A stretch of DNA of 64,000 nucleotides from Parcubacteria group bacterium (GTDB lineage: Bacteria > Patescibacteriota > Minisyncoccia > Moranbacterales > GCA-2747515): contig JBAZXC010000001.1 in NCBI GenBank assembly GCA_041660065.1, positions 136,535-200,534 of the forward strand, in the 5' to 3' direction. Position numbers and translations under genes: made by a program. The notes under the pieces are model-generated. The model saw only the letters and a program-made list of their open reading frames with translations. It was not told the DNA's origin and made no database searches. Shown in pieces: positions 41,417 through 49,770 of this stretch; within the stretch, counting starts at the first letter, position 1; every line of letters begins with the position of its first letter.

Positions 41417-41607
41417 TTATTTTTCATAACGTATCCGAATATGAGAAGTTTTTGACTTCAAATAGTTTTAAAATTTGTAAGAATTGATACAAAATTTTCG
41501 TCTGATATTTTTTGAAACGATTATCGGTAAATGGGTTGGAATATTTTTCTTTCAAATCTATGCTTTCTGCATAAATTGCCATGTGAAACAAAAAGGAATG
41601 ATAATCA

Positions 41608-42312
41608 TCAATTTTCAACGTGATATTTTTTAACAATCATCCTATTAAAATTTTCCTTGCCGTTTTTGCCGGGAACCAGTTTAATCGTATAATCGTCTAT
41701 AAAAATTTCTCCCCTCATGTTAGGCGCCGATAAAACAAATGACTGATATTCGCCGCTTTCAGCGGCCGGATCTATGCCCTGGGATTGAAGCTCATTAACT
41801 AGTGCAGAGTTAATTTCTCTTCCAATATAATCTTTTGATAGGTTGCCTTCTCTTATACTCAAAATAACTGATTTAATTCTGTTGGATATTACGGAATTCA
41901 TATAGTTAGCACCTTTTTCCCTCGAAGAGCATGCATCTCGAGATGGCCTGATTATCTCAACCCCCAAAGCACCAGCAAGCATATCTCCAATGCCTGAGGT
42001 ATACGGATGCCATAAGTCGCCAGTAACAATGTGAGTTATTTTGTCTTGAATTATTAATTTATTTAATTCGACAAATAATTCATGCAGGTATAAGTTATTT
42101 GAATTGATTATTATTTCTTTGTGCGGCAGGCCAATTAAGCTTAATTGCGTTTTTCTTAATTTCTCATCGGCTTCCGGACCGGCATGCAATTGAGTATCGC
42201 CGATCGGCGATTTGATGCTCACTAAATATTCAATGTCATTCATTTCCCGCGCTCTTATTAAGGAATAAAAGCTATCTTTCCCTCCGCTAAATAATACGAT
42301 TGTTTTTCTCAT
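41608..42312 (-). CDS. PP-loop ATPase of the MJ0570/Dph6 (diphthine-ammonia ligase-like) family
   Basis: MRKTIVLFSGGKDSFYSLIRA… carries the SGGKDS PP-loop, followed by …IVTGDLWHPYTS…. The track extends it to a TTG at 42420; the ATG at 42312 is preferred. Confidence 0.6.
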   Translation of the reverse strand: MRKTIVLFSGGKDSFYSLIRAREMNDIEYLVSIKSPIGDTQLHAGPEADEKLRKTQLSLIGLPHKEIIINSNNLYLHELFVELNKLIIQDKITHIVTGDLWHPYTSGIGDMLAGALGVEIIRPSRDACSSREKGANYMNSVISNRIKSVILSIREGNLSKDYIGREINSALVNELQSQGIDPAAESGEYQSFVLSAPNMRGEIFIDDYTIKLVPGKNGKENFNRMIVKKYHVEN

Positions 42313-42507
42313 AATTTTATCCGTTTTTTCTACGACCAAAGAAGCATAAAAACACCTTTTCCCCTTTATAAAAAAATTAAAAATCAAATTTTCGTCCCTG
42401 TTCAAATCACAAATCTTCAAACTATCGCCAAGATAAAAAATTTATTTCGCCACAACGTATCGCAATGTCCGACGTTTGCCTTAGCGAATGTGGCTTTATT
42501 TTTTTCC

Positions 42508-43530
42508 TTATTTTTCTCCAGTCGGTAAAGATTTTACAAATTTATCAAAATCCGATTCTATTGACTGTGTTTTATTATATTCATCATATTCTTGAAATGC
42601 TTTTTGTTCTGCTTGGGCGCGAGAAATCGTGCCTTTTCCCTCAAGCACTTCATACTTATTAAACTCCAAAAAGTTGTTCACGGACTCCGCCAATTTTTCC
42701 ATCGTAAGAGCAGTGCGATTTTCAATCAGTCTTTCGATGTAATCAAAATAGCCGACGATGCCTCTTTCTAGTTTCTTTATTTTATCCTCAGTAAGATAAT
42801 TTTTGGCAATAATTGTGTCTGATTTCAGAATTCTGCTCTTTGGCGAATTTTTCCAAGTCTTGAGTCCCATGAAAGGTTTTTGCTTGTCTACTGTTTCATA
42901 AACAATCTCAGCTGCGGTTTTGCCGGTAATGGCAAAATGAAATTTATTTTGGATCATTGCATAAAAATTCTTGGCAATTTCTGACGTGGGGCTATAATCC
43001 ATGCTACATTCAGCAAAAATATCCGTAATTTGCTGATAAATTTTTCTCTCACTGGCACGAATAGAACGGACTCTTTCCAAGAGTTCGAGAAAGTAATCTT
43101 TGTCGAAATATCTTCCGTTCTTTAATCTCTCATCATCCATGGTGAAACCTTTGATGATGTATTCCTTAAGCCTTTCCGTTGCCCAAATACGAAACTGAGT
43201 GGCTTGCGATGAGTTTACCCGATAGCCAACCGAAATAATGGCATCAAGATTATAGAACTTTGTTTGGTATTTTTTGCCATCATTGGCAGTGTATTCCAAA
43301 ATGGAATGAACTGAATTTTCCAGCAATTCGCCACTTTCAAAGATATTCTTTAAATGCTTAGCAATAGCTGGTTGTTGCACACCAAACAATCTGGCCATCT
43401 TATCTTGGTTAAGCCAAATATTTTCGTCATGAAAGTAAATTTCCACTTTTACCTTGCCACTTGGCGCTGTGTAAAGCAGAAATTCCGTCAGTTCGTCTTT
43501 GATGGTGATTTGGTGATTATTTTTAGTCAT
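42508..43530 (-). CDS. RhuM-family protein (virulence/mobile-element-associated DNA-binding family)
   Basis: …KVKVEIYFHDENIWLNQDKMARLFGVQQPAIAKHLKNIFESGEL…YNLDAIISVGYRVNSSQATQFRIWATERLKEYIIKGFTMDDERLK… is a strong RhuM signature. Confidence 0.8.
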   Translation of the reverse strand: MTKNNHQITIKDELTEFLLYTAPSGKVKVEIYFHDENIWLNQDKMARLFGVQQPAIAKHLKNIFESGELLENSVHSILEYTANDGKKYQTKFYNLDAIISVGYRVNSSQATQFRIWATERLKEYIIKGFTMDDERLKNGRYFDKDYFLELLERVRSIRASERKIYQQITDIFAECSMDYSPTSEIAKNFYAMIQNKFHFAITGKTAAEIVYETVDKQKPFMGLKTWKNSPKSRILKSDTIIAKNYLTEDKIKKLERGIVGYFDYIERLIENRTALTMEKLAESVNNFLEFNKYEVLEGKGTISRAQAEQKAFQEYDEYNKTQSIESDFDKFVKSLPTGEK

Positions 43531-43565
43531 ATTATCTTAGGCATTAGATCTTCCATAAATTTGTT

Positions 43566-43627
43566 AATATTCGCCTATCTTGATTATATCACCAAACTTG
43601 CTATTTTGTCAGCGCAATTTGCCTGCC
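43566..43627 (-). promoter_or_regulatory. Promoter module for rhuM (minus strand: CTGACA-18-TGATATAAT extended -10); ~60-bp module repeated at 46848-46910
   Basis: The rc of 43581-43627 is AGGCAGGCAAATTGCGCTGACAAAATAGCAAGTTTGGTGATATAATCA. The second copy upstream of ORF 46029..46796 shares TGATTATATCACyAAACTTtGCT.TTG.C..GCGCAATTTGyCTGCCT. Confidence 0.5.
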
Positions 43628-43901
43628 TGCCGGTGGGCAGGGGAGAGTCCCGATATCCGTTATTATGTATCAAGTGAAAAATCGGGGATGACGCATTTGC
43701 ATCACCCCCGTTGTTGTGAGATGAGATCAAGTGTCTCTTTCCCTAGGCCATTCTCACCCGGCCAAAGGTTTTCGCCTTTCTGCTGTTTACCCGCTGGGTC
43801 GGAGTCGTCATTTCTCCTCCGCATGGGGTAGCTTGGTCTGGCCGCTTGTAAGGGAACAGCAGTTATTCCTTGCAACAGGATCAGGGTGCGTTAGGTGAAC
43901 C
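43621..43901 (+). ncRNA. Candidate structured non-coding RNA of unknown class (GC-rich, multiple hairpins, ends in intrinsic terminator)
   Basis: A ~280-nt segment at about 55% GC inside a ~32% GC island. No credible ORF on either strand. Hairpins include CCTGCC/GGCAGG, CCCGAT/ATCGGG, GGGGATG/CATC(a)CCCC, AAAGG/CCTTT, CGGAG/CTCCG, and TTGTAAGGGA/TCCTTGCAA with a GAACAGCAGTTAT loop. It ends with ATCAGG-gtgcgttaggtgaa-CCTGAT plus TTTTTT (43870-43901). I could not match it to RNase P, SRP, tmRNA, 6S or rRNA consensus. Confidence 0.3.
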
Positions 43902-44410
43902 TGATTTTTTATCCTATTGAGTTATTAACAACAAGCAGCATACCATCCTAGCGCCAATTAGACGAAAATTCTATAACTATCCGTATGAATCACCTCCTTT
44001 TTGTTCAGAATTTTTCTAAAAATATTTTTCATAACGTTTAAGAATAAAAGAAGTCACACGCCGACTAAAAACGTAAAGCTTATCCTATCCTCGAAACTTG
44101 TTAAATAGCACTGGCTCTATTATATCACAGAACTAAGGCGAGGGATTTGGAAAAATTCCGAGCCGAGGCCATTTTACTTTTATTCTTTGTTAGGCGAGGG
44201 TTTGATTTTTTTCCTTGATGTAAGAAATATAAAATAAAAAATCAAAAGCGTGGCGTCCCCTTAAGTTTTAAAGAAAAAATTTTGTTATTTTTAGTTTATA
44301 AAAGACATTTTTCTTAATATTGACACCACATAATAAATTTGATTAAATTAAGCATAGCTCTACACACAAGATGTGCATAAACTAGAAGTCCTAGCCGAAA
44401 GGAGACTAAG

Positions 44411-44575
44411 ATGGGAAATCTTGAAGAGTACTATGACAAGGACTACGGCAGACGGTATTATAAGCTAACAGCCGAAGCAGAAAGGAAAAAGCGACAAAAA
44501 GAAAAAAGGGAGGAGGAGGAACTAAAGCAAAAGGGGACGTGGCCTCACGGTATGCCCTGGGGAGGGAAAAAATAA
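44411..44575 (+). CDS. Small basic hypothetical protein (54 aa)
   Basis: TTGACA-17-TTAAAT promoter at 44322. AAAGGAGA RBS 7 nt upstream of the ATG. Translation MGNLEEYYDKDYGRRYYKLTAEAERKKRQKEKREEEELKQKGTWPHGMPWGGKK. An intrinsic terminator follows at 44620-44655. Confidence 0.35.
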   Translation: MGNLEEYYDKDYGRRYYKLTAEAERKKRQKEKREEEELKQKGTWPHGMPWGGKK

Positions 44576-44619
44576 GACCATGCCACGGATGGTATTATCT
44601 CTTGGAGAAACTATCTTAC

Positions 44620-44655
44620 CGCCAATACACCAAAAAGGTTGAGGCGGTTTTTTCT
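44620..44655 (+). terminator. Rho-independent terminator
   Basis: CCGCC-aatacaccaaaaaggttga-GGCGG followed by TTTTTTCTTTG. Confidence 0.5.
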
Positions 44656-44715
44656 TTGTAAAAAATTTCAAAAAATGGCTGTAAAAAAATAAAATTTAAG
44701 GGCAAAGTCATATTT

Positions 44716-44898
44716 TTATTGGTATGTACAAATATAACTAGAGGTTTCTTTTGCTACGATAGCAAATGGCGCACCTAGCTTGACTACAACTTTTTGACCT
44801 GGCAAACACGGTTCATTATTGATTTCCAACGAACCTGTTAAGCATTGTATGGTTTCTTCACGATCAGGCGTAAAAGTATAATTGCCAGGCTCGACCAC
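44716..44898 (-). pseudogene. C-terminal fragment of a cupin (cupin_3/DUF861-like) protein
   Basis: …EPGNYTFTPDREETIQCLTGSLEINNEPCLPGQKVVVKLGAPFAIVAKETSSYICTY matches the C-terminal ~60 aa of small cupins. An in-frame stop lies immediately upstream, so the N-terminal half is missing. Confidence 0.3.
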
Positions 44899-44921
44899 TT
44901 AGCCCTTGCGGATATCGAGTG

Positions 44922-45437
44922 TTATCGGATGTAATTAAAATTTTTATATTCCTTATGAAGTATGTTTTTAGGTCTGTGTTTACCTTCAGATTGATTTAAT
45001 ATTTTTTTAAACTGCACATTGTCTAGAGTAACAGAACCAAAAAGCTGTATTAAAATTGAAGCCAGCGCGAGTACCGAAGAAATTACAATTGCGAAAAGTG
45101 CCATGTTTTTTGCCGTTTTCGATGATCTTAATGCCTCTCTGAATTCACGATAATCAATATAATTGAAGAAAGCATCGTGATTGAGAATAAATTTATCATT
45201 CTCAATATTTAAAAACATTGTATTTCGTACCGGGAGCATTCCACCATGTCCTTCACGATCAGTATGTACGAATTGCCCGCCATTTAACGTATCACTAATT
45301 TGCTTATTGACAATTTTTTTCTCCCAGTCATTTAGGTCAAGATTTTTTTCTAATTCTTCTTGGGTAAAACCGTCTGGATTTTTATATCCAAATTCAGATA
45401 TTCTTATGTATAAATTTTTTTCTTCTGGGTGTTGCAT
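44922..45437 (-). CDS. Hypothetical protein with C-terminal TM helix
   Basis: 171 aa, AT-rich. No family recognised. Confidence 0.4.
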   Translation of the reverse strand: MQHPEEKNLYIRISEFGYKNPDGFTQEELEKNLDLNDWEKKIVNKQISDTLNGGQFVHTDREGHGGMLPVRNTMFLNIENDKFILNHDAFFNYIDYREFREALRSSKTAKNMALFAIVISSVLALASILIQLFGSVTLDNVQFKKILNQSEGKHRPKNILHKEYKNFNYIR

Positions 45438-45570
45438 TTTTTATTAAAAGAAAGATAAAAATTTTAATTATTTCATAACGTATTGGCATCATGCGAGGTG
45501 CAAAGCATTTGGGTGAAGCGTAGCGGAGCCGGATATGCCGTGTTGTGCGATGTAAATTTTTATAATCCAC

Positions 45571-45978
45571 TTATTTAAATGGCTTAAAACCTTGTTTAAT
45601 CAGATTCTGCTGGGGAATAAATAGGGGTTGGGGTGGGTTAGTCCAATCAAACCATGACCATTGTTCACATTTTTTTGGTTCCATAATTTGCAAATCGCCC
45701 GATTCATATTCAGCAGTCATAAATATAGTGATGTAGTGTTTACCTTCAATCGGAAAAATGTCGTTGGTAGCAGCGACAAAGTTTACATTTTTAATGCTCA
45801 AGCCAGTTTCTTCCAAAGTTTCACGTGCCGCACATTCTTCCCATGACTCATTAAATTCAAGGTGACCACCAGGAAAACACCACGAACCGTCACCGTGAGC
45901 ATTTTTACGTTTACCAAAGAGAACTTTGCCATCTTTTAAAACGAGAACTCCAATTCCGACTTTTGGTCTATTTTCCAT
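45571..45978 (-). CDS. Nudix hydrolase (MutT-like)
   Basis: Nudix box GGHLEFNESWEECAARETLEETGL (G-x5-E-x7-REUxEExGU). Confidence 0.8.
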   Translation of the reverse strand: MENRPKVGIGVLVLKDGKVLFGKRKNAHGDGSWCFPGGHLEFNESWEECAARETLEETGLSIKNVNFVAATNDIFPIEGKHYITIFMTAEYESGDLQIMEPKKCEQWSWFDWTNPPQPLFIPQQNLIKQGFKPFK

Positions 45979-46028
45979 ACGTTCAAATATTATTTCCTTA
46001 TTATTAAGTGGGGTAGGACTTTATTAAT

Positions 46029-46796
46029 TTATTTTTCAACAAAATAAACTCCGATGTGTTTGTCGTACAAAAGCTCATCTAAGAGAATTATAATTTTTTC
46101 TGAAATTTTATTTCCTTCTTTAATGTCTTCTTTTGTTAATTCACGACCATGAAATATTTCACCTCTTTTTTGACTGAAATATTGTATCGCTAAATATAAC
46201 TCCTTATCGATTATACCACTTTTGAAGAGGTTTCTGCTTTGATTTAAAACTGATCGATTTCTAAGTTCATCATTTTTTGAAGCCAATGAAAGCTCATTTA
46301 GATTTTCCTGGATTTTTTTATAATTCAGAAAAAATTTATATAAATACCGGCTTAAGTCTGGAATAATTTCTTCATCTTTTTCTGTTTTAACTTTTTTATC
46401 TATTGTAACACCCTTGGTTTTATCGTCTAAATATTTTTTCAACTCCTCAACCTCTTTTTTGTCAAATGGGTGAGTGATAACCTGAACACTTTGTTGCTGG
46501 TTTACAGTAGAAATAATGGTATTTTGTAGTGAAGCAAATTTTTCAATAGTCTCGTGCCTCAAACTTTCAATGTCTTTTTTTATTTTTAAAACATTTAAAA
46601 TACTCAGCTCACTAACTAGTGGCAGCAAGACAACAGATACTATGACAATAAAAAGCATGTTACTAAAAAAGTCTCCTTTGATTGAAAAAATATTGGCTTG
46701 GTAAAGGATAAATACAATAGCTAACAAAATGAATGCTATCAGATTGTACCAGTTCTTTGTATTCATAAAATAAATTAATAAAGCCTCATTTTTCAT
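46029..46796 (-). CDS. Hypothetical membrane protein (2 N-terminal TM helices, coiled-coil middle)
   Basis: 255 aa. Its start codon lies inside the repeated leader element TTTTCATAACGTATCCGAATAT (46790-46811). Confidence 0.45.
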   Translation of the reverse strand: MKNEALLIYFMNTKNWYNLIAFILLAIVFILYQANIFSIKGDFFSNMLFIVIVSVVLLPLVSELSILNVLKIKKDIESLRHETIEKFASLQNTIISTVNQQQSVQVITHPFDKKEVEELKKYLDDKTKGVTIDKKVKTEKDEEIIPDLSRYLYKFFLNYKKIQENLNELSLASKNDELRNRSVLNQSRNLFKSGIIDKELYLAIQYFSQKRGEIFHGRELTKEDIKEGNKISEKIIILLDELLYDKHIGVYFVEK

Positions 46797-46847
46797 AACG
46801 TATCCGAATATCTGAGGTTGCGCCCGTGTTTAATGGCTAAAACTTCA

Positions 46848-46910
46848 AACATTCTCTTATTGTGATTATATCACTAAACTTTGCTTTGCCGAAGCGCAAT
46901 TTGTCTGCCT
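46848..46910 (-). promoter_or_regulatory. Second copy of the ~60-bp promoter module (minus-strand TGATATAAT) driving ORF 46029..46796
   Basis: See the element at 43566-43627. A partial third copy (CTATTATATCACAG, 44116-44129) faces a 24-codon minus-strand ORF that starts in leader-repeat copy B. Confidence 0.45.
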
Positions 46911-47163
46911 ATGACGATTTGTGTGCCACCGCTAAAGCTTTAGCGACACGCGGTCGGCCGTAGTCCTGCCTACCGGTAGGTAGGCAATCTCACTTAGGTG
47001 TTCTGTTTTTCGTGCAATGATCGAGATTGCTTCGTCGCTACACTTCGTTCCGCTCCTCGCAAAGACTATGGTACAGCGCTTGACTAATGGTAATTAATAT
47101 TATAACCTAATGTAAATACTTGAACGAATAGCATCAAACGAAACCAATGGATAGGAGGAAAAT

Positions 47164-47361
47164 ATGTGCGACAGGAAAGATGTATATAAACTTGTTGAGG
47201 CAATTGCGCGCGCTAAAATGCATTTGAGTGTTAAGCAGATGGATCATTCAAAAGAGTGCAATGCAAGTGAAGGAAGAGGTTGTATTTGTGGAGCTGAAAG
47301 AGTGAATGATGCAATAAAAAAAGCAACAGAGGAATTATCTATTGATAGAATGAAATTCTAA
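47164..47361 (+). CDS. Small hypothetical protein (65 aa, Cys-x-Cys motif)
   Basis: GGAGG RBS 7 nt upstream of the ATG. A TTGACT promoter-like sequence lies upstream. The protein contains …GRGCICGAERV…. Confidence 0.35.
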   Translation: MCDRKDVYKLVEAIARAKMHLSVKQMDHSKECNASEGRGCICGAERVNDAIKKATEELSIDRMKF

Positions 47362-47456
47362 TCGTAGTACATTGATTGTGCTAAAACCATCTCGGTCCAC
47401 TGGTAATAAACAGTGGACTTTTTTATATAAGTATCAAAAGGGCTATATATGATGTA

Positions 47457-49770
47457 CATGTTTTCCTTTAATTCGCCGAAGGCGGATTGCTCTTAAAAAG
47501 AATTCAATTTTGTTATTTTGTTTTGGGGAAAGGGCAGAGGAGTTAGGGGTGAATGCCCTTACACCAAAAATCCTTATTATAATTTTTGCATATCACTTAT
47601 TTCATTTTCGATTTTTGTTATTTCAGCCTGAAGTTTTTCGTATAATTTAAAATCAAACTTTTCCTTACTATATAATTTAATTTTACACTTTTCTTTTTGT
47701 ATACAAATATATTGAATGGGATTAAAAGTTTTTTCTTGCCATATTGAAACCGCGTATATTACAAGAAGGGGTATCAACCCCATTATGTATGTTAAGGGCT
47801 CAATTTTATTCCATCCAAATTTTGAAATAATATATACCCAACCTATGAAATAAATAAGTAGCAAAAAGACCGGTGTAAGTTTATACCTTAAGTAAATCTG
47901 TTTGTTGATTTTTTTATCAAATTTATTTTTGGCATCTTCAAGATAAGAAAAATTATTACGCTTTTCTGATAATAATTCCATTTTTATTTTCATGGTTTCG
48001 GTTATAAGTTTTTTTTCTGTATCACCTTGTTTTTTTATTTGATTATCTAAGAGGAGGTTTATACTTTCAACTTCTTTTTTTAGTTGTGTGTTTTCTTCCT
48101 CATGTTTTTTTGCTTTATTTTTAAAATGCTCTTGTTCTTCAATAATTTTGTCTAAATTATTTTCAGCCAATGATTCTAAAATAAAAGATATATTATCATT
48201 CATGATATCTTCAGGTTTTTTTGCCTGCTTTCTTAAGTTGGTAATGGCAAGCGCGACTTGATTATCGTTAAGTTTGCCATTTTTAAATCTTTTTTGTAAC
48301 TCATCAAATTTATTTCCTACCGATTTGTTTAATTGGCTTGAAAGCAGAATCTGAGCTTTTGTTATTACATCAAAAATCTTAGGAAAAGTATTTGTTCCAA
48401 AACCTTTATTCAATTTAAACCAAAATTTGTCAGTTAAAAAGTGTAAAGAGGTAGCCAGGGGGACTTCTCCCGATTTTCTAATGCTTTTATGCCACGCAAC
48501 TTGTAGGGTGGTGTTATTGCCTGATAGAAGTATGTATTTAATATGTTCAAAATTATTATTATATTCATCGGCTCTCTTGATGCTTACGAAGTTAAGTAAC
48601 TCAAGGTTATCTTTAATTTCATTTACGCCAATAGACGCTGCGATTGATTGTTCAATGTTTTCTTCTGCTTTATGAAAAGTTATGTTGTATTTATGATTTT
48701 CTTTTTCATAGTAATTTAGATAATCATCTGCATGAATGTCATTTTTGTTTAATAAGTCAAAAAATATAGTTTTTTTCTCTACAACATCGCTCTTGCTCTT
48801 GCTGCCATTAAGTATGTTATTCATTGCTGGACGCCCTGGGTCAACAACCTCTCCTCCAGATATTATGTATTCTGCTTTTGAAAAATAATTGTGAATATTT
48901 TCTTCAGTCTTTAAAAAATATCTTAGTTTAATAAGTGGTTCCGAAGCTTTCTGGTTTATCTCTTTTACGAATGAATGAAATTCATCAAACAAAGACTTGA
49001 ATAGTTCTCCATTAAAACCAGCAAAATCAAATAAAATTTCTGTATCAAGAAAAATGGTTAATTTCGTATTCCATGAGCCAACGTTACCAATGTTGTCACT
49101 AAACATTATGCCTGTATACAAAACAACCCCTTCTTTTATGCTTTGTAATCTATTGATAAAATCTGGGTTTGGGCTTTTGCTTATTATGAATGCACTGATA
49201 TATTCTGAATATTTTTGATTATTTGATTTATCAAGTAGAAATGAGCAAAAGGAATGCATTATTTCTTTTTTATCAGTCTCGTTTATTTCTTGCTTTTTTT
49301 GAGAAGAAATAAAATCTACTATTTGTTCTATTATTTCATTATTACCTTTAGTAATTTCATCTTTTTTAGGAATAAGGCTCGGGCTTTTAATATTTGATAA
49401 ATTTGCAAAGTATTTGCCTTGGTCTTTGTTTAAAAATTCTTTTAGACGACCTAGCGAAGTTTTTACAACGGCCTCAGGTATATGAAAATTAAAGGTGTCA
49501 TTCAACAAATATGTTATTTCCTGTAAAGTGAAACTGTATTTGGCCTCAGTTATAATTATTTCTTGAAGAAAGCATGAAAGCACACCATATACATCTTTTT
49601 CACTGTCATAAAGTTCTTTAAACAAGGCTAGAGATGCTATTCGACCACTTTCTTCATTAATATTTTCCATAGAAATAAATTAAATAAATTCCTTATTCCC
49701 CTTATTAATTAATAAAAAAACAAAATTGAATTCTTTTTAAGAGCTGGGCGAAGCCCAAAAGGAAAACATG
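47457..49770. mobile_element. 2.3-kb cassette bounded by ~52-bp imperfect terminal inverted repeats, carrying a single 697-aa ORF (no transposase recognised)
   Basis: Left IR 47457-47514 is CATGTTTTCCTTTAATTCGCCGAAGGCGGATTGCTCTTAAAAAGAATTCAATTTTGTT. Right IR 49719-49770 is AACAAAATTGAATTCTTTTTAAGAGCTGGGCGAAGCCCAAAAGGAAAACATG. The outer 26 nt and inner 12 nt are identical. The centres are different small hairpins. Confidence 0.45.
47577..49670 (-). CDS. Hypothetical 697-aa protein: N-terminal globular region, long coiled coil, C-terminal two-helix membrane anchor
   Basis: A 210-nt window at 32% GC preceded the ORF call. The C-terminal region …LTPVFLLLIYFIGWVYIISKFGW…LTYIMGLIPLLVIYAVSIW… forms two TM helices. 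The preceding coiled coil is …NTQLKKEVESINLLLDNQIKKQ…. The N-terminal part contains …NTKLTIFLDTEILFDFAG… (PIN-like? unverified). Confidence 0.55.
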   Translation of the reverse strand: MENINEESGRIASLALFKELYDSEKDVYGVLSCFLQEIIITEAKYSFTLQEITYLLNDTFNFHIPEAVVKTSLGRLKEFLNKDQGKYFANLSNIKSPSLIPKKDEITKGNNEIIEQIVDFISSQKKQEINETDKKEIMHSFCSFLLDKSNNQKYSEYISAFIISKSPNPDFINRLQSIKEGVVLYTGIMFSDNIGNVGSWNTKLTIFLDTEILFDFAGFNGELFKSLFDEFHSFVKEINQKASEPLIKLRYFLKTEENIHNYFSKAEYIISGGEVVDPGRPAMNNILNGSKSKSDVVEKKTIFFDLLNKNDIHADDYLNYYEKENHKYNITFHKAEENIEQSIAASIGVNEIKDNLELLNFVSIKRADEYNNNFEHIKYILLSGNNTTLQVAWHKSIRKSGEVPLATSLHFLTDKFWFKLNKGFGTNTFPKIFDVITKAQILLSSQLNKSVGNKFDELQKRFKNGKLNDNQVALAITNLRKQAKKPEDIMNDNISFILESLAENNLDKIIEEQEHFKNKAKKHEEENTQLKKEVESINLLLDNQIKKQGDTEKKLITETMKIKMELLSEKRNNFSYLEDAKNKFDKKINKQIYLRYKLTPVFLLLIYFIGWVYIISKFGWNKIEPLTYIMGLIPLLVIYAVSIWQEKTFNPIQYICIQKEKCKIKLYSKEKFDFKLYEKLQAEITKIENEISDMQKL

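Noticed and set aside
41381-41427. 14-codon minus-strand ORF MKNNFKTPLLRCLK starting in leader-repeat copy A
   Set aside because: It overlaps the leuS intrinsic terminator hairpin and is too short. It is more likely a decayed copy of the leader module than a gene. It is reported only as part of the repeat finding.
43354-43831. Track ORFs 43354..43677 and 43580..43831 (+) over the GC-rich structured segment
   Set aside because: Their translations are Cys/Arg/Pro-rich and non-protein-like. They have no RBS and they overlap the rhuM promoter. The region is better explained as structured RNA.
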